A stretch of DNA of 64,000 nt. It comes from Octopus vulgaris. Taxonomy: Eukaryota. Shown piece by piece: positions 29,785 through 44,365 of the stretch (its first letter is position 1; every line of letters starts with the position of its first letter). Where the stretch lies: contig OX597828.1 of NCBI GenBank assembly GCA_951406725.2, forward strand, positions 23,994,001 through 24,058,000, in the 5' to 3' direction. Both the position numbers and the translations under genes were made by a program. A model generated the notes under the pieces. The model made no database searches. It saw only the letters and a program-made list of their open reading frames with translations, and was not told the DNA's origin.

Positions 29785-30932
29785 TAGATAGATAGTTTGT
29801 TAGATAGATAGACAGACAAACAGACAGACAGACAGACGTTACAGTCATAAATGTATATGTACCAAAGCATGTGCCCCTGTTCGTGTATGTGCGTGTCTTT
29901 ATGGTCATGCTTGTGTAGCAGCAGTAACCGCTGTCGTACCAGCAGCGACGGCAGCACCACCAGTATTACTACTACTACTACTACTACTACTACTACAAAT
30001 AATAATAATAATAATAATAGTAATAATAATAATAATAATAATAATACAAGTAGTAGTAGGAGTAGGAGCAGCAGCAGCAGCTAAGTTTTGAACCCATCGA
30101 CCTCAGAAGAATTAATAATCGCAAAGGCGACACTGTATTTGTTTTTAATGCTCTTTTTGTATATATGTTGCTGCTTAATGCGCTACTGTGAAACTGCCAA
30201 TGTTTAAATAGTCGCTAACTCAAACAATGGTGAAAGGAGCAACGCCGACGTCAATGTCTGATGCCCTTTACGTAACGAGAAAAGAAGATTATTCGCCAAA
30301 AGATTTGATCAGATTATAAAATCAAATGTCAAGAATTTATAAACGTTTGTGGTACAAATATAGAGAGCATAACATGGTATGGAAAGATAGTTCTGCAGTT
30401 GATCCGCAATCAAGGTGGAGCATTAAAGAAAGACCAAAGTTAAAATCTTTAGCATTAATTGTATCAATAGGAGTCAAATAAACAAATGAGGCGCCTTTGA
30501 GTAGTAGCTTATTTTACTAGACATAATAATGAAATCTCCCTCAAACTCAAATGTCGTTTGAATAAATGCGGGAATACATTGGAAAGTGTATTTTCTCTTG
30601 CTTTAAAACACATGAACCTCTGGAAATCTAGGGTCATGTAATTATTAGATCAGGGCTAACATGGGGCGAAACAATATCGATACAGGACACAATGGAATAA
30701 TTACAACACCTCTTAAGTTTTTTTATTTCTTTCCGGTGTTGGATTACGGCCAATCTGGAGCACCGTCTTCTAATGTTTATTTGATTAAATCGACCCCGTT
30801 ACGTACCTTTTTGAGAATACGTATTTTATCCATACTTTCAAAGGAACTGTGTTGTTTAAAGGTATCTAAAAAAATTATCCACGGTTGTCAAGATGATGTG
30901 GCGGAAGAACACAAACACGCACACTCGTGTGA

Positions 30933-30995
<63 letters not shown>

Positions 30996-31029
30996 AATAC
31001 ATACATACATACTTATATGTATATATTTC

Positions 31030-34000
31030 TTCTTTTTTTCATTTCATATAGTTTCAGCTAACGAGCTGTGGCCATGCTGGGGCACCGCCATTCGGTGTTG
31101 CTACATGATTTTACTTCACGAATGCTTTTAGCAATTGACATTTGATGCAGCTGCCCTCATCTGTACCTCCTGCCGTGAAGTTGGTTCATCTGGGACACCT
31201 GACAGGAAGAGGTCCAGCTTTATTTTAAAGACATCTGCATCCACTCCATGCAGGTCTCTCAGGTCCTTCGGGAGGATATTGAAGAGCTGTGGACCTCTGA
31301 AGCCCAGGCTATCGCAGTATCTTTTCCTACATCTTGATGGCAAATTTGGAGTCCTTGGCAGTATTTGTGTAACTCTCGATGCCAAAGTTTGGGACAAGTC
31401 CTTCTAGGATCTTCCAGATGTATATTATGGCATATCTTTCTCGCCTATGCTCTAAGGAGTAGTGTCTTAATCTCTTGAGTCTTTCCCAAAAGCTTATATG
31501 CTGAACATAGGCTATCTTCTTCATGTAGTTTCGCTGGATTGCCTCAAGTTCTGAGATTAATATGACACTGGTTGGTGACCATAGCTGAGAGCAATAGTCG
31601 AAGTGGCTTAGGACAAGTGTCCTCCAGAGGACCATCATGGTTTCCTGGTCTCTTGTTCTAAAAGCTCTAAGAATCCATCCGGTCAGCCGCCTACATTTCA
31701 CTGCCAATTTAGCAACATGCACATGAAAGGTTGCATCATTACTCATGTAGATACCCAGGTCTCGCACTGATTGTGCCTCTGGGATTGCAATCCCTCCAGG
31801 TCCAGTGTATTTATCGGGTATAGCGTTTAGTTTTGCATGCTGATAGCATAAAGCTTGATACTTTTCAGCATTGAACTGCATGCTGTTCTTTTTAGCCCAC
31901 TTGTATATTTTGTCCAGCTCACATTGCAGGTGAATTAGTGTCTTCAGGGTTCTGTATTACCTGTGAAACTTTTGTATCATTTGCATAACTGGTGATCGTG
32001 GCTCTCTGCGTGGCTGAGGGCATGTCTGAGAGGGCCATTATGAACAGCAGTGGTCCCAAAACAGTGCCTTGCGGAACACCGCTCATTATTTGCTTGTTAT
32101 TGGAGGCGGCCCCATGGCTACTACGAGTTGATTCTATCCTTCAGAAAGTCATGAAGTCATTCTCGCAATTTTCCAACTATGCCAAGATCACGCAGTTTCT
32201 GACATACCATTCCATGATCGACTTTATCAAAGGCCTTTGCAAATTCGAGATATATCATTTCCATATTTGAGTGATTGAGCAGTTGTTTCAGCACCCAATC
32301 ATAGTGTTGCAGGAGCTGAGTTAGGCAGCTTCTTCCTGGTTGGAAACCATGTTGGGTGTCAGGCAGCAAGTCATTTTCTTCAAGGAAGGCGATTAGTCTT
32401 CTTCGTCTGCTCTTTCTTTTTCATGGGAGAGTTGCAGACATTTTTCAATTTCCAGCAGTTTTATTTTCAGACGGGAATTTTCACTGCTTTCAATTTGTTT
32501 GTTTAGGCGATTTGAAACTTTTGTACGCCGTCTAATAAGAATTTTCCTCTTCCTGGGGATTTTGTTCTTGTGTACAGTGGTCTTTCTCTCTGGGACACAT
32601 TTCTAGCATATGGCTTGCAATACAGACATGAATTGTTGAAGTTTCATGTCGATGTCTGGTGAGGAGAGACATTTAGGCCAGTTTTGTTTGAGGATCTCTT
32701 TCTCAATTTGTTTCCAGTTTGCCTTATGGATGTTCAATCTGGAAAGATTCTGAGAGTTTCTTGTAGGCTGCATGTCCCTGCTTTCCTTTGGCGCGTACAT
32801 GGTCAGCTCTACATGTTGTGATCCGAGAGTAGCGTCGGTGTCACTTTCACATTATGGATGAGATCCATATTATTTGTGAAGCAGAGATCCAGTATGTTAC
32901 CTGCCCTGGTTGGTTGGAGTACTATTTGCTCCATATACAGGGTATTGATGAGGTTCAGGAGGGATCTCATCTGTCCTCGTTCTCATCGTGCCATTCCTGG
33001 GAGAGAAAGGCCCTCGGGCCATCTGACATTGGGCAGATTGAAGTCTCCCATAAGAAGTACAATTATGTGTTGTTCTAATGTGACTAGAACTTCTATTTTT
33101 GTAAGGCGGTATTCAAACTTGCCCACATGACTTGGAGCATCTGGAGGGCGATATGTAGCACATATAACTACATGTACAATTAGTGTGTCACACATCGAAT
33201 TTGAGTATGACAAAAGGACCTGGGGTGTGAGGTCCTCGCGGATGTACATAGCAACTCCACCATGACTCCTTTCTTTTCTGTCGATCCGTAATACAACATA
33301 CTGTTGTATGTGTATTTCCGCATTTGCTATATCTAGTTTCAGGTGTGTTTCCGTAAGAGCTATGCATAAGGTTAGATTGCATGCAACAAGGCCTCTCAAG
33401 AAAGGGATTTCTGTCCTGTTACTGAGTATTAGCAGTCCTCTAATGTTCAGTAAGAGCATCGGTGTGATACGTGTGTTGTTGCCAGTAGTGTCCACCTTGG
33501 GTCTATTTGCTGTGGTGGTCTTGTGTATTGTGATAGTCCCATCTGTGAGATTGATGGAGCCAGGTCAGTTGTTGTACAATCTGTTGTGCCATGCACAAAA
33601 AAGATTCTTGTTCAGCAGCTGCCCTTTCAATAACATGTTGATGGGTTTGGTTTGTAACACACACTACATCTGCGTACCTCCGTTTTGGGGCAGGTGGTGC
33701 GTAGTCCTTTCCTTTTCCTTCTGGCAGGTGGTTTCCGCCCTGTTTCATGTCTATGTGGCGGGGTCTTTGGTGTGCAAAACGGCAGCCTGCAACTTCCTCC
33801 CCATACCAGCAGACACCTTTCAGGTAGAATTTGCACATTCGTGTGTGCTGTCTCTTTCTATCCTTTTTGTTATATGGCTAGTCAGGTTTGCTTCTTTCCT
33901 TGGGTGTTTCATCTTTTGTTTTTGTTTTAGATTTAGTTTTTCCTTCTTTGGCTGTTTCATCTTTTGTTTTTCTTTTAGTTTTCCCTTCTTTTACTTCTTC

Positions 34001-34640
34001 CTTGGCTCTTTCATCTCCATGGTTTTGCCTTTTGATACTGGTAGGGTCACTTGCACTTGGGTTTACTTCCCGGGCAGGTTTCTCACTTGAATTTTCTTTG
34101 TTATCCTGAGTGTCTACCAAGTGGGGGTGACATCTTTCATCTGCATCCGTGCCTCCAGCCTTGTCATCTTTGCTTTGTTCATTGTTAAAGATGGTATCAA
34201 GAGTGCTGATATAGGATCTTATGAGAGCATAGGAGCGTATAAACTCCTGCTTCTTTCGCTCTATCTGTGCTAAAGTTCTGATGTAACCAATACTCTTCAG
34301 CGCAGCTGTAATTATGTTGTTTGGGTCATCTCCTTCAGGACAGTACCATGCTCCTCCAGGTTCTGGACATTTTTTGGGATATTTTATTTATCTATCTATA
34401 TTTAAAAATTTTAACAGTGTGATGGAGGGTAGAGAAGAAATAGAGAAAGAAAGTGTCTATGTATTTAGAGAGGTTGAGCGGCTGAGCCGGCCGCCAACAC
34501 TATTTTCAGCAAAATAGGGGTAGCTTATCCTGTTCAGGCTCTATTATTAGCATTATTCTGCGTTTAAGAATTTAAAATCACTTATTTAACTTTCTAAGAC
34601 AACTTAACAATTCTAAAGCAAACTTCGTTTGTCTGTTTAT
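31030..34640 (-). mobile_element. CR1-group LINE, near full length, internally deleted and frameshifted
   Basis: APE domain (LLLNIRGL, IALTETHL, GGVAMY, YRPP, MGDFNLP) at 32983-33495. RT motifs QHGFQPGRSC, FAKAFDKVDH, GVPQGTVLGPLLF, and C-terminal HFDYCSQLWSP and YSLEHRRERY. ORF1-like region above 33500. The 5' boundary is approximate. Confidence 0.9.
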
Positions 34641-34857
34641 CTTCATCCTAATTTGAATTTAAGATATATATATATATTAGAAATATGTTACAAAAAAGAA
34701 AATAGAAACTACATGTGGAAATATAAGGGGAAAGGAAGAAGAAAAAAATAAACGAAAATGCATATTGGAAATCAAAAAATGTAAAGGCTTTTTATGAAAA
34801 GTAACGGTAGATATATACAATTAGATTAACTGAGGTAGGAATAAAAGTAATAAAAGT

Positions 34858-34906
<49 letters not shown>

Positions 34907-35177
34907 GGTTTCCACACTGTATTTCTGTACTAAATTAAAACATAACGTATTGATCATCTCTGGTTTATCGTGGAGGGCACTAGCTGACTATGCTGCATAA
35001 TGGGGTGGGCTCAGGAAATAATGTGGTTTCAAAACGAGGTTCTTAACCTCGCAGCTAAAACAACTTTGTCAAAATATCGCTGCCATTACAAACAAAAACA
35101 TTGGCATCACTCAATCTTACATTAACATTTCGGCCTAGAGATAGCAGTTACGTCCATTTCAAACCTCAATTAAAAAG

Positions 35178-35236
<59 letters not shown>

Positions 35237-35488
35237 CGTTAAAAATGAATATAAATACGATGTATATAAACACTGACCAGACGTCGAAAGACGATCGGGA
35301 AAAGCAAACGTTCACTTGTTCAGTACTTGTGAGTATGTACATGCAGCATTGCAGAAGTCATTAACAAACATGTTTTCATGCGATTATGGCTTCCAGTTCG
35401 CTCTCAGTCACACCTCAGCACATTTTGGTATGCGCTTTCTTTTATTACAGCTCGGATCGCCCAATGAACCACAAGTGAATCTAGAACG

Positions 35489-35547
35489 TAGTAGTAGCAG
35501 CAGTAGTAGTAATAGTAGTAGTAGTTGTTGTTGTAGTAGTAGTAGGT

Positions 35548-35582
<35 letters not shown>

Positions 35583-35586
35583 TGTT

Positions 35587-35632
<46 letters not shown>

Positions 35633-35679
35633 CAGCAGTAGTATGTGTAGTAGTAGTAGTAGTAGTAGCAGTAGTATGT

Positions 35680-35710
<31 letters not shown>

Positions 35711-35873
35711 TAGTAATAGTAGTAGTAGTAGTAGTAGCAGCAGCAATATTAGTACTAGTAGCTATAGTAGCAGCAGCAGTAGTGTAGTAGTAGTAGTAGT
35801 AGTAGCAACATTCGTAGTATACTACCACTACTACTACTACTACCACTACTACTACTACGACGACGACGACGAC
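35489..35873. repeat. Compound (AGT)n/(ACT)n/(ACG)n microsatellite
   Basis: Read directly from the sequence. Confidence 0.95.
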
Positions 35874-38221
35874 AGTAAAATGTGAAATCTAAACAAATTA
35901 CCGTACAAGTGGGATTGGAAGTAGTATTCAAAGACATTTACGTATACACACGTAAATATGCATATATATATATATATATATATATATGCATATATATGTG
36001 TGTGTGTATGTATGTATGTATGTATGTATGTATATATATATGTGTGTGTGTAGGCGCAATGGCTCAGTGGTTAGGAGAGCGGACTCGTGTATTCGATACA
36101 GACTCGTAACAATTTACAGTAACATATTTGATTGATGGTGAAACAAAATAGCGATTTAACTAAACCGGTCGCATAGCGCATTCCACTCATCTAGAATCCT
36201 CGTCTATAGTGCGAATTTACAAAAACAAACAAAAGACGAAGACAACAAACAGATGCATTAGTTTAACACTCGGGAAGTGAGAAAGTCTTTTACGTTTCAA
36301 GCCTTCTATAGGTTTTAGCGATAGAACGTTTGAGACGAAGTGGTGGAGACGCCGAGGAGTACTATACGTAAATTGGGACAGAAGACAGCAGATGAAATCT
36401 GTCACATTCAGTGAAATACGTTTTAAAACCGAGCTGCTGTTTAGCATTGTGGATAAGTACAAGAATGTAGCGAGATTATGCATATACCGGCAAAATGCAA
36501 AGAGCTTATAACCATCAGTTTAAATGTTGAAGTATGTGAATGTTGGTCAGATCAGACATCGAGTTTGGTAATACTAACAAGGCGTTGTGAGCAGTGTGGA
36601 GAATCATACATAGCAATAGATTAAAATGAATGTAACTAGGAGTAGTGCGCGGAAATATACTAGCATCTATAGGTTTTCTGTATTTTACCAATGGCTCATC
36701 GTTGGGGTAACACCCAGAGTTAAATATCTAATTTGACTGGATGCATAATCGTTCGTTTCTTGGAGAAGAACGAAGTCCCCGCTGGTTAGGAGATAAATCT
36801 ACTGCCTACAATCTTTCAAATGGTAGTTCGTCGTGTCATGACTTATGAAACTCGATCACGGAATGACACTGATATATCTACATAGATTCCTAGACGCTGG
36901 TGTTGATCATACGTGACAACTATTCACGTAGCACACCATTATGTTGCACAATATTTACGACAGGTAAAAATCAAAGTTGATTGTTACGGTATATTGAGTG
37001 TTATGGTATATATGTAGCAGGCTGGTAGATAGTATGAGTGGTAATAATATGGGAGTGATAGTTGGCGCCGACGAAGGAAGTTTGCGTAATCAGTCTGGAA
37101 CATGCGCCATTCAGTGTTTATAGACAATTTCCTAAATAAATTGGTTTCACAATACTATAGTAAGCAGGATGGTTTTGTTTGGACTATGCATCACAGGTAT
37201 GGTAATGTTGGAGCTGCAAGCAATAGAATGTGTCATCGATGAGCACAGAACCTATTCCGATATCTGACAAAACTATTGTAAATATCGATCAGCTCATTTT
37301 TTTGGCAAGAAAGAAGGACTAAACTTACGCTTGAGGATTTCAGACATCAAGTCGCTATAATGCTTTACTTGATCGTTTTCTTTGTTTTACTCTGGGTGCC
37401 AAAGGGCAATTCTCCGACAATCAAAGCAGTTTCTTCTTGTCAATGACTTCAATATTCTATTTGTTGAGGTCTATTCTTTTGCATTTTATAGGAAAGTCTT
37501 TCAAGAACTTGCATTTCTATACCAACTAATTCATTATTTCTTTCATCGCACATGCAGCACCATATTTCCTCCAAAAAATTCAGTTTATTATTACAACAAT
37601 CTCATCATAACAACAGTGTTTATACATTTTGGTCTCACTGTAGACATTGCAATATGAAGTGAATTATGATTTCATTTGATTTCAAACATTCTGCATATTT
37701 GCCTGAGTAGCTTTGTTGATCTATCATGCTCTTGCTCTATTCATTTACTGTCAAGGTCACTCCCCACCACCCCCGTTTTCCTACTTCAGTACCTCATTGT
37801 TTACCTGACAGCTATCTGACCTACTTATTCGTTATATTATTTGTGTTTGTATGAAAACAAATGCTGAATGGCGTTTCTTTCCTTAGAAGTTTGATTTCTG
37901 TAATAACTCATTAAGAAGTGTTCTATTTTCTTCTTTTTCTTTGAGATAGTTTCCTACACTTCTCCTTCAGATTTACTGCCATTTCGTCTCTCATTAACCT
38001 TCGTCCACCTCCAGCTCTATTTCCAGTACAAATGGCGATCACTTGCGATGCTTGCTTTTATGTGACCTCAACTGCATACTTGATTTTCTCTTGATTCCCT
38101 TCAGCTCATCATTTCTCCATTCAGTTTTTCCTGCTCCATTCTTCATCGTGGATACTACGTACAAGCAAGTGCTTACATTTTGTTCCACACTTTAATAATG
38201 TTGCACAAATACAATGTGGGA

Positions 38222-38601
38222 AGCACTCCGTCGGTTACGACGACGAGGGTTCCGGTTGATCCGAATCAACGGAACAGCCTGCTCGTGAAATTAACGTGTA
38301 AGTGGCTGAGCACTCCACAGACACGTGTACCCTTAACGTAGTTCTCGGGGATATTCAGCGTGACACAGGGTGTAACAAGGCCGGCCCTTTGAAGAACAGG
38401 TACAACAGAAACAGGAAGTAAGAGTGAGAGAAAGTTGTGGTGAAAGAGTACAGCAGGGATCACCACCATTCCTGCTGGAGCCTCGTGGAGCTTTAGGTGT
38501 TTTCGCTCAATAAACACTCACAATGCCCGGTCTGGGAATCGAAACCGCGATCCTATGACCGCGAGTCCGCTGCCCTAACCACTGGACCATTGCGCCTCCA
38601 C
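38222..38601 (-). mobile_element. tRNA-derived SINE (head H1, tail A), well preserved
   Basis: Reverse complement: GTGGAGGCGCAATGGTCCAGTGGTTAGGGCAGCGGACTCGCGGTCATAGGATCGCGGTTTCGATTCCCAGACCGGG...CGTCGTCGTAACCGACGGAGTG. Confidence 0.9.
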
Positions 38602-39217
38602 GCACAAATACAATACAACACACGCGACCTTATATTTAGTCACCTGGCCAACTGCTATGTTCCTAAAGTGTTTGTGGTATGGCCTTGTCTTATTCTATGT
38701 GTATTTGGAGGCTATATAGACTCCCCGGGTTAGTGTTCTGTATTTGTTTATTTGGGGATGGATTTAGCTTGTTCACGTGATGTAATTGATAGTACTGCTC
38801 CATGTGGTATATTTAATGGCATTGTGGCATTTTATTGGGAATTACTCTTGTAGTCTTTATATAACTAGAATTGTATCATTATATTTTATTAGATCCTCAC
38901 TGTATAGGGCGCATGTTGTGAATGATGACTATTATTTGAGCTCTGCTATTGATCAAAAATTGTCTCCCGCAAAATGCTAACAGTTCTAGCTAAAACTGTA
39001 ATTTTGAACAGCGTATAGCGTTGTAAGCGCTGGCGCGTCTTCTCTGCTTTTTTTCGCATCATTCACCATTCTTAGGGCTGCAATTATCACTCACTCTGTT
39101 ATCTGTTACATTCTCCATATTCTAGTACTTTTTTGTTACAGGTTATACTTAGGTAAAAAAAAGACTTCAATGTGCTTTCATCCCAGTTCTAGGACAGTAT
39201 GTCAAGTACGTGTATAT

Positions 39218-39585
39218 AGGCGCAGTTGTGGCTGTGTGGTAACTAGCTTGCTTACGAACCACATGGTTCTGGGTTCAGTCCCACTGCGTGGCACCTTGGA
39301 CAAGTGTCTTCTACTATAGTCTCGGACCGACAAAGCCTTGTGAGTGGATTTGGTAGACGGAAACTGAAAGAAGCCCGTTATATATATATATATAGTGTGT
39401 ATGTGTCTATGTTTGTCCTTCCAACATCGCTTGACAACATATGCTGGTGTCTATATGTCCCCGTAACTTAGCGGTTCGGCACAAAAGATGGGTAGAATAA
39501 GTCCTGGGGTCGATTTGTTCGACTAAAGGCGGTGCTCCAGCATGGCCGCTGTCAAATGACTGAAATGATTGAAAGAATAAAAGAA
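39218..39585 (+). mobile_element. Family C SINE
   Basis: Matches the 57288 copy end to end, with a small deletion. Confidence 0.85.
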
Positions 39586-39854
39586 AATATAAATCCCAGA
39601 TGATTGAATTCCTGTAGGATGAATGGAGTAGCGGGTTACTACATTGTAACCTTATGTATCTACAAGTTTTTTTGTAGTCTTTCAATTGCTTAGAACTCTC
39701 CTGATATTCCTTGCTATGCCGAGGAGACAAACTTACAGGTAGTAACTCGCTACCCACATAATTTCTACCAGGAATGAGACCGAACCTGATCCAAACCAAA
39801 ATTATTATTATTATTATAACTATTATAATTTATATTATTATTATTATAATTATA

Positions 39855-39956
39855 TAGTTCCCATGACCACTATCTTTTGAATTTCTGCCATTTTGGGGTT
39901 TCCTGGTATCTGAGTTAGGTAGCAATCAGCCCCTTTTGCTATCATTCCCAGGGCAC

Positions 39957-39957
<1 letters not shown>
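39855..39957 (-). mobile_element. R4/Dong-clade C-terminal fragment in (TAA)n
   Basis: ALGMIAKGADCYLTQIPGNPKMAEIQKIVVMGT resembles the terminus of the 22243 element. Confidence 0.7.
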
Positions 39958-40030
<73 letters not shown>

Positions 40031-40315
40031 GTTATTATTATTAGTATTACAATTATTATTAGTTTTTCTTCTTTCAATTTTGTTTCTCGTTCTTGCCGAG
40101 TGCATTCGCGATACCAAGGGCTAAGAAACTCACTGCATACATTGATAGGCCATTAAAACAAACCACAAAATTGTTCATTTACCGAGTCATGTGATGTAAA
40201 AATAAAAAAATAGAGGAAAGAAAAAGAAAAAGAAAGTTAAAATTATTATCAATATTATCATCATTATTATTGTTGTTGTTGTTGTTATCATCATCAACAT
40301 CGTTATTATTATTAT

Positions 40316-40615
40316 TCAGTGGTTTTATTCTTATCACGTGCTTTCACTGCACTACCTTTGTTATTTTTGCTGTACTTTACACATGATGTGTGCAGTGCCT
40401 AGTAGTGCTATTTTTTGTATGTTATATAAACTTGTAAGTCCTGTCCTTTTGGTAATGCATTTGTGTGTATTTATTTCATCATACATAATGCGTCGACTAT
40501 TATAGGAATTGTTTCTGTTTTTAGGTTTCACATTCGAATTACTTCTACTTCCAGATCTATCTAGTTTGAAAGTTTCTCTGTTTCTTTTTGGAGAAACATT
40601 GTCATCTGATGGTAT
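40316..40615 (-). mobile_element. R4/Dong-clade 3' fragment
   Basis: IPSDDNVS...GLTSLYNIQKIALLGTAHIM, homologous to 22260-22520. Confidence 0.8.
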
Positions 40616-40652
40616 CATCATCATCAGTATTATTATTATTATTATTATTAGC

Positions 40653-40785
<133 letters not shown>

Positions 40786-40929
40786 TTTCGTGAAAAACTC
40801 TCAGCTTTGCTGAGTATGATGGACAGTGTCAACTGCTTACAGCCAGCAGACTTAGATATTTCTTTACCGATCATGCTTCATGAAACCTGCGGATTATTCT
40901 TGGTTGTTTGAAGCTAAAGTGATTTTTCT

Positions 40930-41225
40930 AGGTATCTGTCTCAACATCTGTATCAACCTTTTTGAGCCGCGTTGGTATTTGGGCTCCAATTCTTCCAAAC
41001 GTGCCAATCACTATTGGTATCACGTCCAACCATTTTTTTTTCACTGCTCACAACCTGCGTATTTCCAGCTTCAGTTCATCATAACTATTCACTTTCTTTT
41101 CTTCTTTCTCTTCACTCCTCTGGTCACCTGGTCATGCTGTGTCATTTATCAGCTATGTTTTGTTTTTTCTTTTCTGCTCACTACAACACTGTCAGGTTTG
41201 TTAATTACCAGGCATGTTTCTTTTT
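40930..41225 (-). mobile_element. R4/Dong-clade endonuclease-region fragment, older
   Basis: Frameshifted translation NKPDSVVVSRKENK...PGDQRSEEKEEK..NSYDELKLEIRRL...VIPIVIGTFG. Boundaries are approximate. Confidence 0.6.
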
Positions 41226-41308
41226 AAACATCCTCATCATCACCATCATCATCATCATCATCATCATCACAATCTTCATCATCATCATCATCATCATCAT
41301 CATTATTA

Positions 41309-41357
<49 letters not shown>

Positions 41358-41741
41358 CAGAAGCAGCAGCAGCATCACCACCACCAGCACCCATCATCAT
41401 CATCATCATCATCATCTTCATCTTCATTATCATTTTCATCCTTCTTCTCTTCCTCCTCCTTAACACCATCATCATTGGGATAATCCTCAAATGTTATAAT
41501 GGATGCTTTAGATTATTTCTTCTGGCTGTTTATGCAAATCCTGCATGCAAATCCTCGGAATATCAACTTGGCTTTTGGTGCCTCAGGGGTCGATAAAATA
41601 ACGTAGAAATCAATTACAGGAGGTTCGCATTATCAGCTTCAACCATTCGCCTCAATATTGCTGGACTTTTCCCTATAGCAGATTATCATTATTATTATTA
41701 TTATTGCTGTGGACAGCATTATCATCACCATCATTGTAATG

Positions 41742-41833
<92 letters not shown>

Positions 41834-41849
41834 TATTATCAATATTATT

Positions 41850-42628
41850 CCTTCGTAACACAGTGTAGGTAAAATGACCCGTAGTCTTTAGTCATCTGTC
41901 AAGTCCAAACAAGGATCTCAGACAAATAATACTTTCCTTAAGATTTGATGTTCACTGTGCCCATGGGATTTCCAGCTGCCTTAAGAAGTCTCGAAGTTCC
42001 AATGGGATTGAGCCCAACGATCCGATCACCACTGGTATCACTTTTACATTACCCTCTCGCATTCCATACAGTCTTGCCATTTCCACTTTCAATTCAGAGT
42101 ACTTGGTGATTTTTCCAATCTCTTTACTCACAACATTTTCGTCATTTGGTACGGTTACATCCAATGATCTGACGGTATTTTTCTCTCTTATTCAATACGA
42201 CAATATCCGGCCGACGGTGTTCCATTACACGATCAATCTCAAAATCATAGTACCAGAGCATCGTTACTTTCCCATCCTCCTGCATAACTTTACTTGGTAC
42301 ATGCTCATACCAGTTCTCTGTTTCTTCATATTGGTATTTACAGCATAAGAGCCAATGAAGATATACACACATTTTATCGTGGCGGCGATTGTACTGTTTT
42401 TGTGCAAGGCCATCACATCCGCTTACCAAGCTGGTCACATTTTCCACAATCTTTCCACAGAGTCTGCATTTCTGGGTGTCAGAAATTTTATATGTGTTAT
42501 ACTTCACTGACTTGGTGGCGAGAGTCTGGTCTTGTGCAGCAATGATCAGGATTTTGGTGGTACGCTTCACATCCCCTCGTTCAAGCCATGCACACGATGC
42601 TATATTATCCTGAACCTCCTGTGTATCT
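41850..42628 (-). mobile_element. R4/Dong-clade 3' fragment (distinct subfamily)
   Basis: AAQDQTLAT, CRLCGKIVENVTSLVSGC, RRHDKM, HRRPDIVV, DVTVPND, KYSELKVEM, IPVVIGSLG. Flanked by (TAA)n. Confidence 0.9.
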
Positions 42629-42629
42629 C

Positions 42630-42724
<95 letters not shown>

Positions 42725-42779
42725 ATGTTTGACATTTGCTTTGTATTTGTATAAGTTGACTCCAATTCTTCTTCTTCTT

Positions 42780-42826
<47 letters not shown>

Positions 42827-44019
42827 TATTATTATTATTATTATTATTATTACTTGATGTTTTTGTAAAGACTTGTTTCTCATTTTCCTCTGAAATTAAG
42901 GTTTATTTATTACCAAATGAATTTTTAAAATTCCATTTGTTATTAAAAAATATCAATAATTGTCAATGAAAGGGCTGCCCTAACTATGTGCTATGTGGTG
43001 GATGTCACCAGGAAATCGAGGTTCATTCAACGAAGTTTTATTTACGCACATTACGTTTTCATATCGAACATTCCTGCTAAACATACTTATGTCACATGGA
43101 CAAAAGAAAGAAAAACACTACGATGGCTAAAATATGCAAAATCAATATACAACTAACAAAAGGAATAAGCTAAAGGAAAGACGTATTGAAAAATGTATAT
43201 AAAAATCTACCAAATACCCAAAGATGTCATTTGGAAAAAGAAAACCGCTATTATAATAAGAGAAATAACTGTAGCAACTTTAACATGGACCCAAATATTG
43301 TTTTGCTTTCAAATACCTGCAAATTTTCCCTCAATAGAAACTCAATAGATAGAATTCTTAGCTACAAGAAAAAATGTTGATAGGTGAATTATGTAAAACT
43401 TAGTAATTCTTTGCCAAAGAAAATAATCTAGGAGAGAGGGAGGAGAACAACTTTATTCTTCTAGCTACAAAATGCGTGCAACCGATAAAAGTATCCTCTC
43501 GCTTCAAAATAGTATGTACAAAATCTCCTGGGGATGTTGGGAGAAATTATCTCAGATTGAAACGTATAAAATCTAGGGTACTATCTAACGTACCTTTAAA
43601 AACTCTAAAACACGTCACCATAACACAGGTTGAATTTATCAGACATACTTTTGTCTTATACATTTATGCTCCAGAACATAGGTAAAAGAAACACAATAAC
43701 GCCCTTAGATAACGTAGACAAAATACAGGTAATGTATTGAAAAATCACACAAATGTTCAAGTAACTTCATCTGGAACGTAGCAACAGAAATAAAAACAAG
43801 TTTTATATGCATCCGAATAGCAAAAAGAATTGGTTTTATCAGAATATAAAGGAGTAGTTAAACTTGGTTTAACGAATGATGGGAAGTGGTGTCATGGGGC
43901 GTCAAAATGGACATATAAGTTATAATGACCCCATCCCTCGGATGTTATAGATTCATACCTGAACTTTGCCCCGCAGAAAGCTGGGAGACAAAGGGCATGA
44001 AATTCCTGCTGATTCATTT

Positions 44020-44365
44020 TTTCAGAGCATACCAAAACTTAGAGAATCACGTTCGGAATGAGGTTATTCGAGAACAGAGCGGAGTGAACAATGTGATGGC
44101 AGAGTACTGAAAGCACGATTTCCGCTGCAACGGACATTCTATAAGGTTGTCAGAGAACAAGTAGACCCGTACAGTTGCTGAGTGGTATTCAAGAAATCGA
44201 AAAATGTCACTTGGAAGGCTTACGCGGCGATGGGAATAAGATTTGGCCAAGCAGTTGAATCAAGATGGAAAAGAGTGGTGCAATAAAGACATAATTCGAA
44301 GCGCATTGCAGCCAGCGACCTGCAACAACATCTGCTGGCCTGGTTGATATTATGGCACTGTGATG
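44020..44365 (+). mobile_element. RTE-clade LINE 3' end
   Basis: HVRNEVIREQSGVNNV...GHSIRLSENK*TRTVAEWYSRNRKMSLGRLTRRWE matches the RTE C-terminal pattern WxGHxxRxxxxRW...GRPxxRW. Confidence 0.75.

Noticed and set aside
33308-34090. 260-aa plus-strand ORF
   Set aside because: It is the antisense shadow of the CR1-group LINE ORF1/APE region.
36500-38160. Possible very old LINE remnants
   Set aside because: The composition suggests decayed coding sequence, but I could not recover diagnostic motifs.
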